From NCBI GenBank assembly GCA_001803795.1, contig MHEK01000060.1:5171-46623 (forward strand): a stretch of 41,453 bases of DNA. The letters are read 5' to 3'. Both the position numbers and the translations under genes were made by a program. The DNA is from Nitrospirae bacterium RBG_16_64_22 (GTDB lineage: Bacteria > Nitrospirota > RBG-16-64-22). The notes beneath the pieces were generated by a model that saw nothing but the letters and a program-made list of their open reading frames with translations, searched no databases and had not been told where the DNA came from. Of this stretch, positions 9,903 through 19,680 are shown piece by piece. Each line of letters starts with the position of its first letter. Position 1 is the first letter of the stretch.

Positions 9903-10034
9903 GTGCCTCTGTTCGCCGGAGCGTTTCGGCCCGACAATCCTCAACGGCTCGGAGGTCCCCCATGGCAACAAGGGGGAGGCGGGCCGAGATCCCCGCACGT
10001 CGGGGGGTTCCGGCGAAAAGGAGGTGATTGACAA

Positions 10035-10235
10035 ATGGCACAAGGAACCGTGAAGTGGTTCAACGATGCGAAAGGGTTCGGCTTTATCGCCCAGGAAGGC
10101 GGCAAGGACGTCTTCGTACACTTCTCCGCGATCCAGAACGAGGGGTTCAAGACCCTCGCCGAAGGAGAAACGGTGGAGTTTGAAGTGACCCAGGGTCCGA
10201 AGGGGCCCCAGGCATCCAACGTTCGCAAGGCCTAA
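10035..10235 (+). CDS. cspA: Cold-shock protein
   Basis: [15 protein letters not shown] and [12 protein letters not shown] motifs; AGGAGGT RBS. Confidence 0.97.
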   Translation: MAQGTVKWFNDAKGFGFIAQEGGKDVFVHFSAIQNEGFKTLAEGETVEFEVTQGPKGPQASNVRKA

Positions 10236-10269
10236 CGGTCTTTTCCGGATAGGAATTGTGAGGAACCAT

Positions 10270-10308
10270 CGGCCCGGTCCCGCTCCGCGGGGCCGGGCCG
10301 TTCTTTTT
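10270..10308 (+). terminator. Intrinsic terminator after cspA
   Basis: GGCCCGGTCCCGC/GCGGGGCCGGGCC stem followed by GTTCTTTTT. Confidence 0.75.
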
Positions 10309-10379
10309 GCCCCCGGAAACGGTTGGCCCCGAAACGGTTGGATATTGATGGGCGAAGGCGAAGATGCTATCGTCCTTCC

Positions 10380-12122
10380 ATGTCCGGGAGATCCCCGCAA
10401 AACCTTGCCCACGGCAACGACCGCTGTTATGGGCATGCGCGCTCCGGGAGCGACCGGCGGATCGGAACCCTTCTGTGGCTCGCCGTCTCCGCCGGACCCC
10501 TGTTGTTGGCCCCTCCCGCCTTCGCGAAGAACCTCGAGAAAACCCCGACGCCCATCTCCATCGAAGCGAAACCCGCGTTTGTCATTGCCGGCGGAACGGT
10601 CACAGTCAAGGGATCGTCCGTCCCGCTCGGGAAGAGCACGGAAGTCACGGTCACGATCCAGCCCCCCGCCGGCCCGCCCGCAACGGAGAAGGTTCTTCTC
10701 AAGGGGGAGGGGAATTTCGAGACGAAATACGTTCCGAAGGGACCGCTCGGAAAGTATTCGGTTACGGCCCGCGCCCCGGACGGCAAGGCCGCGGCGAACG
10801 CGGAGTTCACCGTTGGAGCAGCGGCCGCCCTTTCCAAGCAGACCGTGGAGAAGGTTGACCGGACTCTGGATCGCGCCCGAAAGGTCGTCCTCGCGCTGGA
10901 CCAGCAGATCCGGCAGGCGCCCCCTTCGCCCGCTCAGGAAGAGGTGAAGCAGAAGCTCGGCCCCCTGAAGGAGAGGCTCGCGCATGGGAAGGCGCATGCC
11001 GGCAAGCTCAAGGAAGGACTCAAACCCCTCGACGACTTCGTCCGCGACCACCCCGCGGCCCAGCCCGGCGTGGCCCCTCTCTACACGGCCCTGGGAGAGA
11101 TCGGAACGGCGGCCGACGAAGCGGACAAGCGCCTGGCCGACGTAGAGAGTGGTCTCGCCCGCACCGGCACCCGGTGCGACCAGTTGGACACGATGGTCGA
11201 GGCCATGTCGGCCATCTCGACGGTCTTCAACATGATCGGGAGCGCGGCCCAGATCGCGGCCAACATCGCGACGGACAAGGTCGTCCCGGACGCGGTCTTC
11301 TCCCTCCTTCCGCCGGCCGAGCGGACGACTGAATCGAAGTTCATGTTCTCCCAGGGGCTCAAGTTCACCGTCGCCGCCCTGAGCGGTCCGGCCGGCCTCT
11401 ACGCTTACGCATCAGGCCTCGCCAGCGACCTCATTCAACTCAAGCTCCAGCAGACCTTCGCCGCATATTGCGAGAAGTTCCAGGGACCCCTCTCCGCGAC
11501 ACTTAACGTGGAGACGTACGAGAAGGGGAAGTTATTCTGGAAATACTCAATCGCCCTGGCGGGAAAGCTCGTCCTCCGGTACGACAAGGGGGCCGCGGGT
11601 TCCGCAATACCCGTGACGGGCGAGTTCGAAGGGAACGCGACGAAGTTCACTCTCGGGGAGGACCTCATCGTCCTCAGCCCTCAGCTCAGGCGGAACCTGC
11701 TCCTTCGCTTGACCGTCATCCCGCAGGCGGCGCCGTACTTGGAGCAGGCAGGCCGCTTCATCCGTAAGGCGACGCCCGCCAGCTTCCTCGTTCCGGTGAA
11801 GGGAAGGATCGAGGGAAAGAAACTGACGGTCGAGGTCCACCCCGCCGCCGCGGACCTCGATGTCTCGGGCCGCGTCCTGTACGTCATGCTCGAACCGTCT
11901 CTTCCGATCCCGCACGTCCTGCGGCAGGACATCCCCTACCAGAACGCACACTTCGTCCTCACGCGGTCCACGCACAAGAAGCCGATGGAGTTCGCGATCG
12001 AGGTCGACAAGGGGAAGAAGATCTCGCTCATCCGCCGTGTCTACACGCGCGACGAGAAGAGGACCGATCTCAAGGTCGGCATCAAGGTCGACGTCAAGGC
12101 CTGCAATCCGGACTGCCCGTAG
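10380..12122 (+). CDS. Hypothetical exported protein (beta-rich N-terminus, helical middle, beta-rich C-terminus)
   Basis: Long ORF with host-like codon usage; signal-peptide-like RRIGTLLWLAVSAGPLLLAPPAFA; start uncertain. Confidence 0.75.
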   Translation: MSGRSPQNLAHGNDRCYGHARSGSDRRIGTLLWLAVSAGPLLLAPPAFAKNLEKTPTPISIEAKPAFVIAGGTVTVKGSSVPLGKSTEVTVTIQPPAGPPATEKVLLKGEGNFETKYVPKGPLGKYSVTARAPDGKAAANAEFTVGAAAALSKQTVEKVDRTLDRARKVVLALDQQIRQAPPSPAQEEVKQKLGPLKERLAHGKAHAGKLKEGLKPLDDFVRDHPAAQPGVAPLYTALGEIGTAADEADKRLADVESGLARTGTRCDQLDTMVEAMSAISTVFNMIGSAAQIAANIATDKVVPDAVFSLLPPAERTTESKFMFSQGLKFTVAALSGPAGLYAYASGLASDLIQLKLQQTFAAYCEKFQGPLSATLNVETYEKGKLFWKYSIALAGKLVLRYDKGAAGSAIPVTGEFEGNATKFTLGEDLIVLSPQLRRNLLLRLTVIPQAAPYLEQAGRFIRKATPASFLVPVKGRIEGKKLTVEVHPAAADLDVSGRVLYVMLEPSLPIPHVLRQDIPYQNAHFVLTRSTHKKPMEFAIEVDKGKKISLIRRVYTRDEKRTDLKVGIKVDVKACNPDCP

Positions 12123-12125
12123 CGG
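12044..12125 (+). repeat. 82-bp direct repeat, copy 1 (3' end of the exported-protein gene)
   Basis: CACGCGCGACGAG...CCCGTAGCGG, identical to 12767-12848. Confidence 0.95.
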
Positions 12126-12143
12126 ACCACACACCCCCCATTC

Positions 12144-12172
12144 TTGACATGAGAAGCTTGGATCGGTAGATT
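12144..12172 (+). promoter_or_regulatory. Putative sigma70 promoter of the TA module
   Basis: TTGACA-N17-TAGATT. Confidence 0.6.
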
Positions 12173-12236
12173 GCGACGGCAGAGGATGGAAAGGTACCCT
12201 CGGCAAGAGCAACGACAGATCGAGACCAGTGTATCG

Positions 12237-12485
12237 ATGAGATATGACGTTCGATTCAAACCAAGGGCAGTAAAGGACATGAAGGGCCTGCCATCCCCAG
12301 TTCAGAGCCGTATCCTGGCGCGAATCGAGGAGATGACTGATGACCTGAAGGGAGACGTCAAGCGGCTCGCGGATTTCACCCCCGAGTATCGCTTGCGCGT
12401 TGCGGACTACAGAATCCTTTTCGAAATTGAGGAGAGTACGATCATCGTGTATCGGATCCGCCACCGCCGCGAGGCGTACCGATAA
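12237..12485 (+). CDS. RelE/ParE-family type II toxin
   Basis: MRYDVRFKPRAVKDMKGL...YRLRVADYRILFEI...IRHRREAY pattern. Confidence 0.92.
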   Translation: MRYDVRFKPRAVKDMKGLPSPVQSRILARIEEMTDDLKGDVKRLADFTPEYRLRVADYRILFEIEESTIIVYRIRHRREAYR

Positions 12486-12500
12486 ATGGAGGTTAGTGAC

Positions 12501-12725
12501 ATGATTGCTTTGCATGCCCAGATCATAGAGAAGGCCGGGAAGAAGGAATACGCCGTTCTGCCTTACGGGGAATTCCTGAAGGTTCAGGAAGAACTTGAGG
12601 ATTATTATGATCTTCGCTGTCTGAGACAGGGAAAAGAAGCCGAAAAAGGCGCGCCAACAATTGGCATGGATGAGCTGAAGAAGAAGCTCGGAAGCCGAAC
12701 GCGTCGCTCAAGCCGACGGCAATAG
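12501..12725 (+). CDS. Putative type II antitoxin (Phd/YefM-like), downstream of the toxin
   Basis: IIEKAGKKEYAVLPYGEF...LEDYYDL; GGAGG RBS; coupled to the toxin. Confidence 0.8.
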   Translation: MIALHAQIIEKAGKKEYAVLPYGEFLKVQEELEDYYDLRCLRQGKEAEKGAPTIGMDELKKKLGSRTRRSSRRQ

Positions 12726-12766
12726 ACGGCGCTTTCGGGCCGACGTTTGCGCATCGGGCGCACCTT

Positions 12767-12848
12767 CACGCGCGACGAGAAGAGGACCGATCTCAAGGTC
12801 GGCATCAAGGTCGACGTCAAGGCCTGCAATCCGGACTGCCCGTAGCGG
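12767..12848 (+). repeat. 82-bp direct repeat, copy 2
   Basis: Identical to 12044-12125; offset 723 bp. Confidence 0.95.
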
Positions 12849-13047
12849 GTCCTGCCGCATGGCCTCGGTTGATCAGGCCGGGCGGGAGATACTCCCGAAG
12901 AACTTCGCCCGGATGGGCGGGGTTGTGCATGCGGGACATCGCTTTCCTCCGAGTCTGTAGTCAAGATAGTCAAGGCCCACGGCGTTCTTCTCTTCAAATC
13001 GGAAACGAAGTCCAAGCGACGCTTGTTAATTCCTCCTGGACCGGCTC

Positions 13048-13934
13048 CTAGACCGGCCTTCCGGGGGTCTCCGCGGGCCTGGCGGAGAGGGTGAGCCAGG
13101 CGCCGGCGGCGATGACGAGAGCACCGCCCGCGACGAGCCTCAGCGTGATCGGCTCGCTGAAGAAGGCCGCCCCGAGAACGGCGGCGTGGACGGAGGTGAG
13201 GAGGGAGACCGTGCTCCCCTCGGCCGCCGTCGTCCAGCGGTAGGCGTACGTCATCAGGATCTGGCCGCCGAACGATGTCACGACGATCGCCGCGATCCCG
13301 ACGAATCCCATGACGCCCGGCCAGACGGGCGATGTGAACGGAAGGGCCGGCGCCGTCATCACGCTCCCCACGGCCGCGAAGTAGAAAAAGATCGACCAGG
13401 CCGAGTCGGTCTTCCTCAGCTCCCGGACCGTCGAGATCGCCGCGCCGGAGAAGATCCCCGCCGAAATTCCCATCACGTCCCCCAGCGAGACCCCGAGCCC
13501 TTCGTGCCCCAGGATGAGGCCGACGCCGGCGATCGATACGGCGAGCGGAGCGCCTGCCCGGAGCGTGAGCGGCTCCCGCGCGAAGAGCGCGGAGAAGAGC
13601 GTCGCGAAGACCGGGTAGGTGTACGTCAGGAGCGTTGCGGGACCGGCCCCGATACGGCAGATCGCCATGTAGTAGAGGATGACGGCCGCCCCCCCGAAGA
13701 GGCCCCGCCAGACGAGGAGCCGGCGGTTGCCGATGGAGAGCGCGATCGTCCCGGCGCCAGCCAGGACCAGGATGATGAGCGCGTGACCGAACGAACGGAA
13801 GAAGGCCAATTCGACCGGGGGAACGTAGGTGTTGGCCCACCGGACGGAGACGGCGTGGAAGCCGAACAGCAGGGTTGAGATGCCGATGAGGAAGGGGCCG
13901 TTTTGCCGGAGAGGAGACAGGGCTTTCTCTTCCG

Positions 13935-13938
<4 letters not shown>
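13048..13938 (-). CDS. DMT/EamA-family transporter
   Basis: Hydrophobic EamA pattern (PVELAFFR, YTYPVF, FFSEPIT). The frame stays open and TM-like upstream of the TTG at 13809, to a CTG at 13938 overlapping the thiD stop. Start uncertain. Confidence 0.85.
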
Positions 13939-14792
<854 letters not shown>

Positions 14793-14808
14793 CGACTCAT
14801 CCTTTCAC

Positions 14809-15765
14809 TCACCCGCGCGATCGCTTCTTTGTCCTTGCGGTCTTTTTCCCCGACGCGCCGTAGGTCTTTGAACTCTCCTTGACCATCGAAAGTTTTCGAG
14901 GATGCGGGGTGAGATACGACATCTCCAATCTGGCCGATGAGAACATGTCCTGGTTCTCTTCCTGCAGGCGCTTGGCGGCCATTTCGTGATATGCGGGATC
15001 GATTTCGATGCCGATGCTGTTCCTGCCGGTTTTCATTGCCGCGAGCATGGTCGTGCCCGATCCGCAGAAGGGGTCGAGGACCGTGTCGCAGCAGAAGGAG
15101 AACATCCGCACCAGGCGGTGGGCAAGCTCATAAGGATAGGGGGCGGGATGGGACTTCGTCGAGGCGCCTGTGATGGTCCAGAACTGGCGGAACCATTTGG
15201 CGTAGTCATCCTTGGCGATAAGGCTCGTCTTCCGCTGGTGTTCCGTGGGCTGTCGGTAGCCGCCCGGCTTTCGCTGCATCAGAATAAATTCGATGTCGTT
15301 CTTGATAATGGCGTTGGGCTCGTAGGGCTTGCCGAGGAACTTGGTCCCGTTGTTCGCCTCGAAACTGGCATTGCTGATCTTGTGCCAGATGATGGGATTC
15401 AAGTTGTCGAACCCGATCTTTCGGCAACTGACCGCGATGTCCGCGTGCAGGGGGACAACCACATGCCGTCCGTGCTGTCTGCGTGACAGGCAGACGTCCC
15501 CCACGACGCACACAAGCCTTCCCCCAGGCACCAGAACGCGGTGCACTTCTTTCCACACTTGGTTCAGCGCCTCCAGGAACTTCTCGTAATCGGCAATGTG
15601 GCCCAGTTGGTCTTCGTTCTCATTGTACCGCTTCAGGGTCCAGTAGGGAGGCGACGTGACGGCGAGGTGGACCGACTCGTCGGGAATGTAGCACATGTCT
15701 CGCGCATCTCCCAGGACGAGACGATGCAGTGTGGGACTTTCTTCCAGAATGGCCGTCTTGCTCAT
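14809..15765 (-). CDS. Site-specific amino-DNA methyltransferase (beta class, SPPY; probably m4C)
   Basis: TSPPY precedes DPFCGSGTT; HPAPYP motif. Confidence 0.92.
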   Translation of the reverse strand: MSKTAILEESPTLHRLVLGDARDMCYIPDESVHLAVTSPPYWTLKRYNENEDQLGHIADYEKFLEALNQVWKEVHRVLVPGGRLVCVVGDVCLSRRQHGRHVVVPLHADIAVSCRKIGFDNLNPIIWHKISNASFEANNGTKFLGKPYEPNAIIKNDIEFILMQRKPGGYRQPTEHQRKTSLIAKDDYAKWFRQFWTITGASTKSHPAPYPYELAHRLVRMFSFCCDTVLDPFCGSGTTMLAAMKTGRNSIGIEIDPAYHEMAAKRLQEENQDMFSSARLEMSYLTPHPRKLSMVKESSKTYGASGKKTARTKKRSRG

Positions 15766-16490
15766 TTCTTTTCCTGTGCGCCGTATACGGCAACATGGGA
15801 TACGAGCGACTTCGCAAAAAGCTCGAAGGTGAGATCATCGGCAGGCTCGGTATGGCCGCCCTTGAGACCTTTTTCCTTCTCCGACAGGAGAAAAGCCGCG
15901 GCGTTGTAATGCCGCTCCCGCACGATCTTTCGGCAGAAGAGCTCGTATCTCCTGGCATAGGACGCGTTCACGAATTCGGGGAACACCTTGAAATGCGGCT
16001 CCTGAACCTTTACGGGAGATTGGGACTTGTTGCAATCTTCCAGCAGGAAGAGATACCCAAGCCAGGGCCGCACGGTCTTGTTGAACGCCCCTTCGCGGTA
16101 GGCGGTCCAGACGTCCACGGCGCTTCCCATGGCCTCTTCCGTCCGGTTATTGAAGTTGTTTCCGAAGGAGGGACCGACCTGCGACTTGGCTTCGAGCGCA
16201 AGAATGAGCTGTCCGTCTTTGACCACGAGCAGGTCCCATTCCTTGGTCGGCCGGAAGAAGCCCGGCAGTTCTACCGCCCTATTGTGGAAGATGTTCTTTT
16301 CTGAAACACCGGTTTCGACGATGAGGCCGCTGATCAGCTTGATGAACCCATTCATTTGCGCCCCGCCGGTCACGGCGCTCCTCGCGCCCTGGTCGGCACG
16401 GCCCGCCTTGGTCTGTTGCACAGCCTGGCCTTCACGAGTGCGCCAATAGTGTGCAACCGCTTCAGCCAGATGTGCGTTCAAGCTTTTCAT
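15762..16490 (-). CDS. XhoI/PaeR7I-family type II restriction endonuclease
   Basis: LPGFFRPTKEWD...EAKSQVGPSFGNNFNNRTEEA signature; ATG at 16490 with GGAGA RBS; ATGA overlap with the MTase. Confidence 0.88.
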   Translation of the reverse strand: MKSLNAHLAEAVAHYWRTREGQAVQQTKAGRADQGARSAVTGGAQMNGFIKLISGLIVETGVSEKNIFHNRAVELPGFFRPTKEWDLLVVKDGQLILALEAKSQVGPSFGNNFNNRTEEAMGSAVDVWTAYREGAFNKTVRPWLGYLFLLEDCNKSQSPVKVQEPHFKVFPEFVNASYARRYELFCRKIVRERHYNAAAFLLSEKEKGLKGGHTEPADDLTFELFAKSLVSHVAVYGAQEKK

Positions 16491-16520
16491 TGTTTCTCCC
16501 AAACCCGCCTACTCTCACCC

Positions 16521-17144
16521 TCATCGTTCAACCAGTGCCGAAAATTCACGCGCGGCGGCCTGGATGTCGTCCTGGCCCAGAATGGCAGAGATCAGCCCCA
16601 CGCCAAAGGCCCCGGCTTCCAGAACTTCCCCGACCCGTCCGGCCGTGATTCCTCCAAGAGCGTAGACCGGGATTCTAAGCGACCGGCAGGTTTCTTTCAA
16701 TACCGGAACTCCGACGGGTTCTCCGTAGGCGGCCTTCGAAAGCGTCTCGTAGACCGGGCCAAACGTCACGAACTCGGCCCCGTTCGCTTGGGCCTCCGTT
16801 GCCTCCGCCAGGGAGTGCGTCGAGACGCCGACGCGCATCCCTTTCGGAACGACGGGCCTGATCCCCCCCACGGGAAGGCCGTTCTGGGGCAGGTGAACGC
16901 CGTCGGCTTCGGCGCAGATGGCGACGTCGAGACGGTCGTTGATGAAGAGGAGGGCGCCGTAGGCACGCGTGAGATCCCGCGTCTCCTCGGCCAGAGTCAG
17001 GAGATCGCGGATGGGGAGGTCCTTCTCCCGGAGCTGAACCATCCGAACGCCGCCGTCGAGGGCGGCCTTAACGGCTTCGGTCGGCGTTCCCTTCCGGACG
17101 ATACGCCGGTCGGTAATGAGACAGAGGCGAGGGAGGCTATTCAA
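16521..17144 (-). CDS. thiE: Thiamine phosphate synthase
   Basis: VQLREK, INDRLD, DGVHL, VSTH and ALGGI motifs. Confidence 0.93.
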   Translation of the reverse strand: MNSLPRLCLITDRRIVRKGTPTEAVKAALDGGVRMVQLREKDLPIRDLLTLAEETRDLTRAYGALLFINDRLDVAICAEADGVHLPQNGLPVGGIRPVVPKGMRVGVSTHSLAEATEAQANGAEFVTFGPVYETLSKAAYGEPVGVPVLKETCRSLRIPVYALGGITAGRVGEVLEAGAFGVGLISAILGQDDIQAAAREFSALVER

Positions 17145-17928
17145 TCATCCCTTCCAGGGGGCTCGAGGCCGAAGCGTAGAGCTTTCTCGGAATGCGCCCG
17201 GCTTTGAAAGCGAGCCGTCCGGCGATGACGGCGTGGCGCATGGCGGAGGCCATCATGATCGGGTCCTTCGCCCCCGCGATCGCCGTGTTGAGGAGGACGC
17301 CGTCGCACCCCAGCTCCATCGCGATCGAGACGTCCGACGCAGTCCCCACTCCGGCGTCCACGATGACCGGGACCTTCGCGTGCTCGAGGATGATCCGGAT
17401 GTTGTACGGGTTCCGGATCCCGAGGCCCGAGCCGATCGGCGCCGCGAGCGGCATGACGGCCGCCGCGCCGGCGTCTTCCAGCTTCCTGGCCATGATGGGG
17501 TCGTCGCTCGTGTAAGGGAGGACGATGAATCCCTCCTTCACGAGGACCTTCGTCGCCTCAAGAAGCGCCTCGTTGTCCGGAAACAGCGTCTTGGGATCGC
17601 CGATGACCTCGAGCTTCACCATGTCGGAAACGCCCGCCTCGCGGGCGAGACGCGCCGTCCGGACCGCCTCCTCGGCCGTGTAGCACCCGGCCGTGTTCGG
17701 AAGGATCTTGTAGACCTTCGGGTCGATGAAGTCGAGAAGGTTCTCCGTCGTCCGGTCGGTGATGTTCACGCGGCGGACGGCGACCGTCACGCAGTCGCTC
17801 CCGGACGCCTCGATTGCGCGCCTCGTCTCATCGAAGTCCTTGTATTTCCCCGTCCCGACCCACAGCCGGGACTTGAAGGTGATCCCCCGGATAACGAGGG
17901 GATCGGCAACTTCAGCGGGTGACGCCAT
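17137..17928 (-). CDS. thiG: Thiazole synthase
   Basis: [30 protein letters not shown] and ASSP motifs. Confidence 0.98.
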   Translation of the reverse strand: MASPAEVADPLVIRGITFKSRLWVGTGKYKDFDETRRAIEASGSDCVTVAVRRVNITDRTTENLLDFIDPKVYKILPNTAGCYTAEEAVRTARLAREAGVSDMVKLEVIGDPKTLFPDNEALLEATKVLVKEGFIVLPYTSDDPIMARKLEDAGAAAVMPLAAPIGSGLGIRNPYNIRIILEHAKVPVIVDAGVGTASDVSIAMELGCDGVLLNTAIAGAKDPIMMASAMRHAVIAGRLAFKAGRIPRKLYASASSPLEGMIE

Positions 17929-17985
17929 TCGGATCTCCTCTCATGGCCTGTGACTGAATCCTCGTTCGCGATCGAGCGCTAGGAC

Positions 17986-18072
17986 ACAAGGAAACGGAGA
18001 GCCGGGGGACCGGTGAGCAATGCAGGTGCCCCGGAACGGTCTTTCCCCGTTTCTCCGGTTCGCCGCCTCACG
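17986..18072. repeat. Degenerate short purine-rich/pyrimidine-rich inverted repeats between thiS and thiG
   Basis: GGAAACGGAGAGCCGGGGGACCGG ... TTCCCCGTTTCTCCGGTTCGCCG. Confidence 0.45.
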
Positions 18073-18075
18073 ACT

Positions 18076-18279
18076 TCAAACCCCTCCCCCCATGAACGAG
18101 ACGACCTCGACGCGGTCGCCTTCAGAGAGGATCGTCTGTCCGTGCTCGGCGCGGGGAACAACCTTCTCGTTCAGCTCGACGGCGACGCGCCCTTGGACGA
18201 CGCCCATCTCGTCAATAAGATCGGCGACGGTTGTCCCCTCGCGAAAGACCCGTGACTCGCCGTTCACTTGCACGGTCAC
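18076..18279 (-). CDS. thiS: Sulfur carrier protein ThiS
   Basis: GTG at 18279 overlaps the thiH TGA; VQVNG...VAVELN...[13 protein letters not shown]. Confidence 0.93.
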   Translation of the reverse strand: MTVQVNGESRVFREGTTVADLIDEMGVVQGRVAVELNEKVVPRAEHGQTILSEGDRVEVVSFMGGGV

Positions 18280-19517
18280 CGGGCCGCTCCGTCCATCGCC
18301 CACTGCCGTTCCCGGAGCCGGGCCAGGCACTCACCCCGCGCTTGCGGGGCGCACTGGCACTCGCAGGCCGCATTTCCGGCCTCTTCCTCGTCGCAACGAC
18401 GGCAGAGATTCGGGATCCACCCCTCCCCCGTCATGTCTTCGACAACTTCCCGCAGAGACCGATGGTCCGCAAGCTCGAATTGCGCCACGTCCGCCGGCGG
18501 ATGGGGCCGGGCGTACCCTCCGGGCGACGTGGAGACGCCGGCCGAGAAGTGCGACGCGCCCGCGCGCGCGAGACGCTCCCGCATGGCCGGCAGTTCCCGC
18601 GTGGATACGGAGATCGGGCTCCACGGAAGCGCAAGGCGGTAGACGGCCGTGATCTTGAGAAGGTCGTCGTCGGAGACGGGACTGGGAGCCCGCGTCAGCG
18701 CGGCCCCCTCCGCCGGTCTCAGGCGGGGCACGGAGACCGAGACGGCGATCCCCCCGCCCCATCGCTCCCTCAGGTGCCCGGCGTGGGAAAGAAGCGAAAG
18801 AACATCGAACCGGTAGTCGTGCAAGCCCAGCAGGGTCCCTATGCCGAGATGTCGAAACCCGGCTTCCGCCGCCCGGTCCATCGTTCCCAGCCTGAAGGCG
18901 TAGTCGGCCTTCGGCCCTCCGATGTGAACCCGGACGTACGTCTCCGGATGATACGTCTCCTGGAACGACTGGTAGCGGGACGCGCCCGTATCGAACAGCC
19001 GCCTGAAGTCCTCGACGGCGAGCGGGGCCACGTTAACGGCCGCCTCGACGAAACCGCGCCGTCTCGCGGCCTCAATCGTAAGACTGACATCCTCGATGCC
19101 GGCGGCGTGACGGTCCTCCCCGGCTACGATGAGAAGCCGCGTGTGGCCGGTCCGCGCGAGCGCCTCAAGTTCGGACTCCACCTCTTCGCCGCCAAGCCAC
19201 TTGCGGTCGGCGCCCGCGCCGCGCCGGAAACCGCAGTAGAGGCAGTCGTTGGCACAGCGATTGGTAAGGTAGAGGGGAACGAAGAGAAGGCGGTGCCGGC
19301 CGAACGTCCGCAGGGCGACATCGCCAGCCGCCCGCAGGATCCCCGCGCGCGCCTCCTCATCTTCCACGGCGAGAAGATCGGCCGCGTCCTCGACGTTCAA
19401 GCCGCCGAGGGCGGACGCTTTCGCGAGGACCTCGTCCAGTCGGCCGGCATCCGGCGCGGGCCTCCGGGCGAGGGCGGAGACCGCGGCCGCGTCGAGGTTG
19501 AATGCCTGACGGTCCAT
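18276..19517 (-). CDS. thiH: Radical SAM tyrosine lyase, ThiH/HydG family
   Basis: [34 protein letters not shown] and QFELADHRS motifs; first gene after the TPP riboswitch. Confidence 0.88.
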   Translation of the reverse strand: MDRQAFNLDAAAVSALARRPAPDAGRLDEVLAKASALGGLNVEDAADLLAVEDEEARAGILRAAGDVALRTFGRHRLLFVPLYLTNRCANDCLYCGFRRGAGADRKWLGGEEVESELEALARTGHTRLLIVAGEDRHAAGIEDVSLTIEAARRRGFVEAAVNVAPLAVEDFRRLFDTGASRYQSFQETYHPETYVRVHIGGPKADYAFRLGTMDRAAEAGFRHLGIGTLLGLHDYRFDVLSLLSHAGHLRERWGGGIAVSVSVPRLRPAEGAALTRAPSPVSDDDLLKITAVYRLALPWSPISVSTRELPAMRERLARAGASHFSAGVSTSPGGYARPHPPADVAQFELADHRSLREVVEDMTGEGWIPNLCRRCDEEEAGNAACECQCAPQARGECLARLRERQWAMDGAAR

Positions 19518-19533
19518 TCTCGATATTCCCCCG

Positions 19534-19570
19534 AAAAACAAAACGCCGCACCAGATGGCGCGGCGCCTAT
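19534..19570 (-). terminator. Terminator of the TPP riboswitch expression platform
   Basis: Minus strand GCGCCGCGCCA-tc-TGGTGCGGCGT followed by TTTGTTTTT. Confidence 0.7.
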
Positions 19571-19580
19571 TCACTGCTGT

Positions 19581-19680
19581 CGACCGCTTCCCTACGCCGG
19601 CATGACCCGGATCAGGTGCAAGGGGTTGTTCCGCTCTCTCGGAACTCTCAGTCCTGGCCGCGCAGGACACCCCCAGCGTC
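19581..19680 (-). promoter_or_regulatory. TPP riboswitch
   Basis: Minus strand GGGGTG...CTGAGA...ACCCCTTGCACCTGATCCGGGTCATGCCGGCGTAGGGAAG, upstream of thiH. Confidence 0.96.

Noticed and set aside
9530-12848. Integrase-borne island at tRNA-Ala
   Set aside because: No integrase and no duplicated tRNA 3' end in the window.
18276-19517. [FeFe]-hydrogenase maturase HydG as the functional call
   Set aside because: It follows a TPP riboswitch, is coupled to thiS-thiG, and no hydA/E/F genes are nearby.
19518-19670. N-terminal 51 aa of the 464-aa ThiH ORF
   Set aside because: This is translation through the TPP riboswitch and its terminator.
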